NCBI GenBank assembly: GCA_944322865.1
Contig: CALUQJ010000001.1
Location: 2,223-66,222, forward strand
Reading direction: 5' to 3'
Length of the DNA: 64,000 nt
Source: Candidatus Gastranaerophilales bacterium
GTDB lineage: Bacteria; Cyanobacteriota; Vampirovibrionia; Gastranaerophilales; Gastranaerophilaceae
Positions within the stretch are counted from its first letter, which is position 1, and every line of letters begins with the position of its first letter. The notes under the pieces are model-generated. The model ran no database searches and was not told the origin of the DNA. It worked only from the letters and a program-made list of their open reading frames with translations. This document shows, one piece after another, positions 58,424-64,000 of the stretch. Position numbers and translations under genes: made by a program.

Positions 58424-58452
58424 TTTGCAGAAAAACATGTTTGTAATAATAT
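58424..58452 (+). promoter_or_regulatory. Candidate promoter of the rpsB-tsf operon
   Basis: TTTGCA, 17 nt, TAATAT. About 135 nt upstream of the rpsB ATG. Confidence 0.4.
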
Positions 58453-58490
58453 TATATCGGTTATACTTGTCCGATAGGCTTTGCCCTAGT

Positions 58491-58520
58491 CCGGGCGGTA
58501 ATAAGACCCCGCCGGTTTTT
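58491..58520 (+). terminator. Terminator-like hairpin plus T5 inside the rpsB 5' leader (possible attenuator)
   Basis: CCGG(G)CGG / CCGCCGG 7-bp GC stem with one bulge and a 10-nt loop, then TTTTT. Confidence 0.4.
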
Positions 58521-58522
58521 AC

Positions 58523-58557
58523 ACTGCCGAATTACGGATGGGACAGTTTAACCCGTA
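58523..58557 (+). promoter_or_regulatory. Candidate H-type pseudoknot in the rpsB leader
   Basis: ACTGCC (58523-58528) pairs with GG(A)CAGT (58541-58547). TACGG (58533-58537) pairs with CCGTA (58553-58557). The arms are interleaved. Confidence 0.3.
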
Positions 58558-58587
58558 GTACAATACATTAACATAAGGAGAAAAACG

Positions 58588-59391
58588 ATGCCAACAGCAT
58601 CTATGATCGAACTTTTAGAAGCAGGTGTTCACTTCGGACACCAGACACAAAGATGGAACCCTAAAATGAAACCGTATATTTACGGTGCAAGAAACGGTAT
58701 TTATGTAATTGATTTGCGCAAAACAACTGATTTATTAGACGAAGCTTACGCTATAGTCAGAGAATTTGCTGCACGCAATAAAAATATCCTTTTCGTAGGT
58801 ACTAAAAAACAGGCTGCTGAAGTTGTTGCTGAAGAAGCTAAAAGATCCGGCGCTTACTATATCAACAGAAGATGGCTCGGCGGTATGCTCACCAACTTTG
58901 ATACTATCCGCGGTCGTATCAACAAACTCAGAGAACTTGAAGACTTTATGAACTCAGGTCACGCTGAAAAACTTCCTAAAAAGGAAATCGCAAGATTGAA
59001 CCGCGAATTAAGCAAATTGAGCAAAACTTTAGGCGGTATAAAAGATATGAGAGGATTACCTGATTTAATCTTCATCATTGACCAGAAAAAAGAACTCATC
59101 GCAATTCAGGAAGCTAACAAATTAAATATTCCTGTTATCTGTCTGGCTGATACAAACGCTGATCCTGACGGTATCAACTATATTATCCCAGGCAACGATG
59201 ATGCTATCCGCTCAATTAAATTAATTACTTCAAAACTTGCTGACGCTGTTCTTGAAGGTAAACAGTTAAGAGAAAACAACGCTAACAAAACTGCTAAAAT
59301 TCAGGAAATAAAAGCTGAAGATGCAGGCGTTAAACCTGAAGAAATTAAAGCAGAAACAAAAACAGAAGTAACAGAAGAAACTGAAAATTAG
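58588..59391 (+). CDS. rpsB: 30S ribosomal protein S2
   Basis: [36 protein letters not shown]. Confidence 0.96.
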   Translation: MPTASMIELLEAGVHFGHQTQRWNPKMKPYIYGARNGIYVIDLRKTTDLLDEAYAIVREFAARNKNILFVGTKKQAAEVVAEEAKRSGAYYINRRWLGGMLTNFDTIRGRINKLRELEDFMNSGHAEKLPKKEIARLNRELSKLSKTLGGIKDMRGLPDLIFIIDQKKELIAIQEANKLNIPVICLADTNADPDGINYIIPGNDDAIRSIKLITSKLADAVLEGKQLRENNANKTAKIQEIKAEDAGVKPEEIKAETKTEVTEETEN

Positions 59392-59407
59392 TTAATTAAA
59401 GGAATTA

Positions 59408-59443
59408 AAGGGAACAGGAAACAAAAAATATTCCTATTCCCTT
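59408..59443 (+). other. Intercistronic stem-loop between rpsB and tsf
   Basis: AAGGGAACAGGAA / TTCCTATTCCCTT, 13-bp stem with 1 mismatch, 10-nt loop, no T-run. Confidence 0.45.
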
Positions 59444-59470
59444 ATTCCCTTAAATAAAGGAGAGAAATTA

Positions 59471-60334
59471 ATGAACATTACAGCACAAATGGTAAAAGAA
59501 CTTCGCGATAAAACCGGCGCAGGCATGATGGATGCTAAAAAAGCATTGGTTGAAACTGACGGTGATATGGAAAAAGCAATGGAAGTTCTCCGCCAAAAAG
59601 GTATGGCTTCTGCTGACAAAAAAATGGGCAGAATTGCCGCAGAAGGTCTTGTTGCATCTGCAATTCTTGACAATGCAGGCGCAATGGTAGAAGTTAACTG
59701 TGAAACAGACTTTGTAGCTAAAAATGAAGAATTTAAAGAATTAACAAGCGGTCTTGCTGAAATGGTTGCAGAAACCAATCCGGCTGATGTTGATGCTTTA
59801 CTGGCTGCAACTTGTCCTAAATGCGGAAAAGTTATCTCTGAAGTTATCAAAGAAAAAATTGCTTCTATAGGCGAAAAAATTACTTTCAGAAGATTTGTAC
59901 GCTATGAGGGCAATACCGCAACTTATATCCACAACGGTAAAATCGGTGTTTTAATCCAAACTGATAAAAAAGATGCTGAATTGATGAATGATATTTGTCT
60001 GCACATTGCATCTTCTGCTCCGGAATTTATTTCAAGAAGCGAAATTCCGCAATCTGTTATTGATCATGAAACAGAAATTGAAATGGGCAAAGAAGATTTG
60101 CTCAAAAAACCGGAAGCTATCAGAGCAAAAATCGTTGAAGGACGTGTAAACAAACTTATGGCAAGCCGTGTTCTTCTTGAACAACCGTTTATCAAAAATC
60201 CTGATATTACAGTTGGTCAATTGATAGAAGGCAAACTGACTGTTGAAAACTTCACAAGATATGTGCTCGGTGAAGGTCTTGAAAAACGCCAAGACAACTT
60301 CGCTGAAGAAGTTATGAGTCAGGTTAAAGGTTAA
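59471..60334 (+). CDS. tsf: Elongation factor Ts
   Basis: ITAQMVKELRDKTGAGMMDAKKAL, VEVNCETDFVAKNEEF. SD AAAGGAG. Confidence 0.96.
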   Translation: MNITAQMVKELRDKTGAGMMDAKKALVETDGDMEKAMEVLRQKGMASADKKMGRIAAEGLVASAILDNAGAMVEVNCETDFVAKNEEFKELTSGLAEMVAETNPADVDALLAATCPKCGKVISEVIKEKIASIGEKITFRRFVRYEGNTATYIHNGKIGVLIQTDKKDAELMNDICLHIASSAPEFISRSEIPQSVIDHETEIEMGKEDLLKKPEAIRAKIVEGRVNKLMASRVLLEQPFIKNPDITVGQLIEGKLTVENFTRYVLGEGLEKRQDNFAEEVMSQVKG

Positions 60335-60361
60335 TTTACTTAGAAATCATTTATTAGTAGC

Positions 60362-60391
60362 GCCGGAACTAAAATAGTTCCGGCTTTTTTT
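60362..60391 (+). terminator. Rho-independent terminator after tsf
   Basis: GCCGGAACT-AAAAT-AGTTCCGGC followed by TTTTTTT. Confidence 0.82.
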
Positions 60392-60480
60392 ATAAAATAT
60401 TGTCTGTAAAATATATACGCAACACAAAAACCGGCTTTATTGACAGTCGGTTTATGATGTATATTAAATTTTACTTGTTA

Positions 60481-60642
60481 CTATATCAAGCCAAGTACTT
60501 TTTTGTACCAGCTGAATGTTTCAAGTTCAACCCCGTTGAATGTTGTTTTCAGGCATTGATTTTTCAGATAATTTTCAAATTCGTCGTTGAATTTTGATTT
60601 GATTTTCGGCATTTTTACCGTTTTGTTGACTAAAGTTGACAT
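60481..60642 (-). CDS. Hypothetical small protein (53 aa)
   Basis: ATG at 60642 has SD AGGAG 7 nt upstream. TGTTATAAT extended -10 about 70 nt upstream. No family recognised. Confidence 0.45.
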   Translation of the reverse strand: MSTLVNKTVKMPKIKSKFNDEFENYLKNQCLKTTFNGVELETFSWYKKVLGLI

Positions 60643-60807
60643 GGACCTTCTCCTTTTTGATTCTTTGATGCACAATATATATTTATAAAAATTAGCGAGA
60701 ATAAGATATATATATTATAACACATGTTTTTCTTGAATGCTAGTGGGCATCTTTTACGAAAATGCTCAAATGGCGAAATATCAAGGAAAAATAGCTGTAA
60801 ATTTTTA

Positions 60808-61476
60808 TTAAGCAACAACTACAAAATTAGGTTCGCCATTTTTTATAGCTCTGGCGAACTCCGACGCCGGATGTTTGCTGTCGCCTGCGGGCAAAGCACC
60901 ATATGAGTGACGGACTTTTTCTATTAATCCGGACAAGTCTTTATTAAAATACATTGAGGAGTATAAGTTCACCCCGTTTTTTAAAATATTAGCATCGTTT
61001 GTTTCAAAAATTCCCGGATCTTGTGCATTCAATGTTCTGTGAGCCATGGAATTTAGTGATAGACAATTTATTTCTTCCTGTATAGAACTGTCACCGTCAA
61101 GGTCTTTTGCATGACCCGCCTCATGCAATGTTGATTCTGCAATGGCTAAGATGACAGCTTTGCTTTTTGTATCGCGGTATCTTTCATTTATCTTTATTGT
61201 TTTGTTTGTAACATCCCATTGAGCATGAATATCATCTGACGGCAGTTTCATAAATTTAACCTTAATATCATTATCTTTGATAAAATCATATGCCTGCTGT
61301 CCGTTTTTAAACGGCGGTTTTGCTCCTAATTTTTTTACGTATTTCACATCATTATTGTCGAACTTGATGTTCTTTAGTTCTTCCATTGCAGCAGAAATAA
61401 CAGGATCTTGTGAATCCTTTAACTGTCTTTTCCCGTTAAAATTTACATTAAAATTTATCGAATTAACCCTAACCAT
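60808..61476 (-). CDS. Hypothetical HExxH (zincin-like) protein
   Basis: ESTLHEAGHAKD motif. No signal peptide. N-terminus MVRVNSINFNVNFNGK. Confidence 0.5.
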   Translation of the reverse strand: MVRVNSINFNVNFNGKRQLKDSQDPVISAAMEELKNIKFDNNDVKYVKKLGAKPPFKNGQQAYDFIKDNDIKVKFMKLPSDDIHAQWDVTNKTIKINERYRDTKSKAVILAIAESTLHEAGHAKDLDGDSSIQEEINCLSLNSMAHRTLNAQDPGIFETNDANILKNGVNLYSSMYFNKDLSGLIEKVRHSYGALPAGDSKHPASEFARAIKNGEPNFVVVA

Positions 61477-61482
61477 ATTTTT

Positions 61483-61491
61483 ATATTAGCA
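61483..61491 (-). promoter_or_regulatory. Extended -10 (TGC-TAATAT) 6 nt before the ATG at 61476 (leaderless geometry)
   Basis: The minus strand reads TGCTAATAT AAAAAT ATG. No SD. Confidence 0.4.
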
Positions 61492-61519
61492 TATTTTTGT
61501 TTAAATGTGAATTTTTTTG

Positions 61520-61528
61520 TGATAAATT
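61520..61528 (+). promoter_or_regulatory. Extended -10 (TGA-TAAATT) 6 nt before the ATG at 61535 (leaderless geometry)
   Basis: TGATAAATT TATCCT ATG. No SD. Confidence 0.4.
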
Positions 61529-61534
61529 TATCCT

Positions 61535-62455
61535 ATGAAGTTAATAGGCGAGAATATCCACATTATATCTAAATCTGTGCGGGATGCACTTGTTAATAGA
61601 AATGAAACATTTGTTAACAATTTAATTAATTTACAAAAAAAACTTGAGTATATTGATTTAAATGTCGGACCAGCCAAAGGAGAATTAGAAAATATTTTGC
61701 CATGGCTTTGTAGATTGGTAGAAGAACAGACCGAGTTAAAAATATGTTTTGACACAACAAATTCCGATGAAATGCGACGGGGGCTTGCAGCTTGCAAAAA
61801 TAGTTTTTCTGCTTTTATAAACAGCACATCCAAAGACGAACCGCGTTTTTCAGCAATGAGTGCATTAACTGCCGAATACAACTGTAACCTGATAGTGCTT
61901 ACTATGGGTAAAGAAACCGGTATACCGAAATCTGCTGACGGACGTTTGGAGATAGCATTTGAAATTTACGAAAATTGCATGGAGCGCGGAATAGAAAGTT
62001 ATAAATTGTACTTTGATCCGCTGATTTTGCCGGTTACGGTTGAGCAGTCACAGTGTCGGGAAGCTTTGCACACAATTCAGATGATTAAAGAAAGTTTTGA
62101 TCCTCCGGTTAATACTGTTGTCGGGCTTTCTAATATTTCTAACGGTGCGCCAAAAGAATTACGCCCGTTAATCAATCGCGTGTTTGCAGTACTTGCTTAT
62201 GGAGCAGGACTGGATGCTGCAATAATTGATGCTTGCGATGATGAATTAATTAGAATTTTCAAGATGTTAGAAAATAAAACTCCGGAAAATGATATTGACA
62301 AATTATACCTGAATCTTGCAGATATGATAGCCGGGTTTGGCGAACTTGAAGATGTTAAGTTTGATGAAACATCAAGAGAACAAAAAATTATCATTAAAAC
62401 AGCAGATATACTCTTAAACAGAAAAATTTATTCGCATAGCTTTACACAAATATAG
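61535..62455 (+). CDS. Pterin-binding (DHPS-like TIM barrel) methyltetrahydrofolate-dependent methyltransferase domain protein
   Basis: IGENIH..., YIDLNVGP, FINSTS, YFDPLILPV, VGLSNISNGAP...R, GLDAAIID fit the MetH/AcsE-type pterin-binding domain pattern. Confidence 0.68.
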   Translation: MKLIGENIHIISKSVRDALVNRNETFVNNLINLQKKLEYIDLNVGPAKGELENILPWLCRLVEEQTELKICFDTTNSDEMRRGLAACKNSFSAFINSTSKDEPRFSAMSALTAEYNCNLIVLTMGKETGIPKSADGRLEIAFEIYENCMERGIESYKLYFDPLILPVTVEQSQCREALHTIQMIKESFDPPVNTVVGLSNISNGAPKELRPLINRVFAVLAYGAGLDAAIIDACDDELIRIFKMLENKTPENDIDKLYLNLADMIAGFGELEDVKFDETSREQKIIIKTADILLNRKIYSHSFTQI

Positions 62456-62541
62456 TTTTCTGCTAATATGTTGGTACGTATATCAATTTGAGGATCAGAA
62501 CAATTAAAAAGCAGTTATTATTATCAGTTTTAGTAACAACT

Positions 62542-64000
62542 ATGATAGCGGGAATAAATCCGGCGCAGGCTTATATGTCGCCTGAGGCAACAAGTTTGTA
62601 TCAGCAGGCATGCACTTATGAATACAAACAGGATTTTAAATCAGCAGCAGCGGCTCTTGAAAAAGCAATCGTTCTTTCAGGAAATGAACCGCAACTATAC
62701 ACAAAACTTGCAGGCGCTTATACAGAACTCGGAGAATATGACAAAGCTCTTGCGGCTTATGCTAAAGTTACGGAACTCAGACCTACTGATGCGTTTATAT
62801 ATGTAAGCATGGGAAGCATTTATGAGCATAAAGGTGATTACAAATCAGCTCTCGATTCTTACAACAAAGCAATGATTCTGTTCCCAGAATACAAGTATAA
62901 TTATTTGAACATTGCCAATGCGCAATATCAGTTAAAAGATTACAAGTCTGCAACAGAAACATATAACAAATTTTTGGAAACATATTCTCAACACAAAGAA
63001 GCAAGAGAAAGTCTTGCGGCCTCCTATCTTTTGACAGGTGATGCGCAAAAAGCTGTTATGGAATATGATAAACTTTATGCCGCAGATCCTAATAATTTTA
63101 ACGATCTGGACAAATACGGCTATGCACTCTTCTGTACAAAAGATTACCAAAAGTCATCAGACATTCTGTCCAGATATATTGAAAAAAGACCTGAAGATTT
63201 AAATTCACGCTCCATCCTTGCACTTGCTTATCAGGAATTGGACGAGAATGATCTTGCTTATGCACAATATCAGGAAATGTTTAAACAGAAACCGGATCTG
63301 CACGCTGTAAGGCTTGATTATGCCAATCTGCTTGCGGATATGGGTAAAAATGCCGAAGCGATTCAGCAATATGACCTTTATATCAAAAATTTTCCGGATA
63401 ATGCAATTGCCTACAAAAATCTCGGTATTGTCTACAAACGTTTGAACAACATTGACAAAGCTATAGCTAATTATGAACTTGCAATAGCAAAACATTGCCG
63501 CGATTTTGATTTGAAAGCTGATCTCGCACAGTGTTACCATCTGAAAAAAGATTATACAAATGCTATCAAATACTATGATGAAATACTTCTGGTACAAAAA
63601 GACAATTTTGATGTTAAACTGAATAAAGCACTTGCTTTGCATGCAATGCAGAAATACCCTGCTGCAATAGCTTTGTATGATGATCTTTTACAGGCTAAGC
63701 CGGACAATAAAGAAGTCAAAAAAAATCTGATTATGGCTCTTATTTCACAAGGTCAAGTATGTTATGACGCAAAAGACTACACAACAGCAGCAACTTACCT
63801 TGAACAGGCTGTTGCAAAAGGCAGTGAAGAAGGTTTCGGATATTATCTTCTGGCAAAAACTTACCGCCAATGCAGTATGCCGGATAAAGCCTCTGAAATG
63901 TACGAAAAAGCAATTGCAATGGAACCGGCAAACGCCAAATACAGCAATGAATATGCTGAATTTATCGCTGCACAGTTTAATAATGGTCAGCTTCCGGCAG
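62542..64000 (+). CDS. TPR-repeat protein, 3' end beyond the window; N-terminal signal peptide apparently split by a 1-nt frame break
   Basis: The frame is open from 62509 to the window end and is missing from the ORF track because it has no stop. Many TPR units are present (e.g. AYAKVTELRPTDAFIYVSMGSIY). The first in-frame ATG is at 62542. Upstream, the TTG at 62489 in another frame encodes RIRTIKKQL, which together with LSVLVTTMIAGINPAQA would make a normal Sec signal. Confidence 0.75.
   Translation, partial: MIAGINPAQAYMSPEATSLYQQACTYEYKQDFKSAAAALEKAIVLSGNEPQLYTKLAGAYTELGEYDKALAAYAKVTELRPTDAFIYVSMGSIYEHKGDYKSALDSYNKAMILFPEYKYNYLNIANAQYQLKDYKSATETYNKFLETYSQHKEARESLAASYLLTGDAQKAVMEYDKLYAADPNNFNDLDKYGYALFCTKDYQKSSDILSRYIEKRPEDLNSRSILALAYQELDENDLAYAQYQEMFKQKPDLHAVRLDYANLLADMGKNAEAIQQYDLYIKNFPDNAIAYKNLGIVYKRLNNIDKAIANYELAIAKHCRDFDLKADLAQCYHLKKDYTNAIKYYDEILLVQKDNFDVKLNKALALHAMQKYPAAIALYDDLLQAKPDNKEVKKNLIMALISQGQVCYDAKDYTTAATYLEQAVAKGSEEGFGYYLLAKTYRQCSMPDKASEMYEKAIAMEPANAKYSNEYAEFIAAQFNNGQLPA

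Noticed and set aside
60400-60597. Plus-strand ORF 60400..60597 downstream of tsf.
   Set aside because: It starts after the tsf terminator without an SD, is antisense to the better-supported 53-aa minus-strand ORF (SD AGGAG), and has an implausible Phe/Tyr/Lys-rich translation.

Overview
This is a 64-kb chromosomal window from a low-GC bacterium. I call about 75 protein genes, 2 tRNAs (Arg-CCT, Pro-TGG) and about 15 intrinsic terminators. I see no rRNA, CRISPR array, transposase, integrase or prophage. Most of it is housekeeping: priA, trmD-rimM, dtd, dnaX, lysA-cdaA, udg, nifU-nifS, purSQL, mscS, rlmH, rpmI-rplT, rpmE, thyX, tgt-ndk, rplS-rbgA-rnhB, coaE, gyrA and rpsB-tsf. There is also a small flagellar cluster (fliJ, fliK-like, flgE-like). 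The lysA-cdaA linkage, a Ycf45/SpoIIIAA-like R3H AAA ATPase, HEAT-like repeats, flagellar genes, ThyX and NifU/S would fit a non-photosynthetic cyanobacterial relative (Melainabacteria/Vampirovibrionia). That placement is inference only. Three real genes are not usable as given in the ORF track. One is a 51-aa rubredoxin (49562..49717, minus strand). One is a TPR gene running off the right edge (from about 62.5 kb) with an apparent 1-nt frame break in its signal peptide. The third is priA, which is open from nt 1. Many track ORFs carry spurious N-terminal extensions, and I re-called those starts from SD sites or promoter geometry. No complete known defence or mobile system is visible. The most interesting observations are these. 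(1) Eight SD-less genes share the geometry TGnTAnnnT, 6 nt, ATG, which suggests leaderless mRNAs. (2) A short N-terminal peptide recurs on otherwise unrelated proteins, including a Cys-His amidase-like protein, an HExxH zincin-like protein and a paralogous membrane pair. (3) An AT-rich two-gene islet (PD-(D/E)XK nuclease plus LuxR-type HTH) abuts the 3' end of tRNA-Pro. (4) A BlaI-like repressor is followed by a small soluble protein and a serpin-like secreted protein rather than a BlaR1 sensor. (5) There is a homolog of metazoan-type phosphomevalonate kinase. (6) cdaA is translationally coupled to yitT (DUF2179). (7) An RHH-like domain is fused to a NifX-like domain, with an internal SD-driven start. 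Further items are a PurL lacking its C-terminal subdomain, a degenerate HD-GYP protein, and structured leaders before rpsB and before an OMP-like ORF. All functional calls come from motifs recognised by eye; no database search was run.
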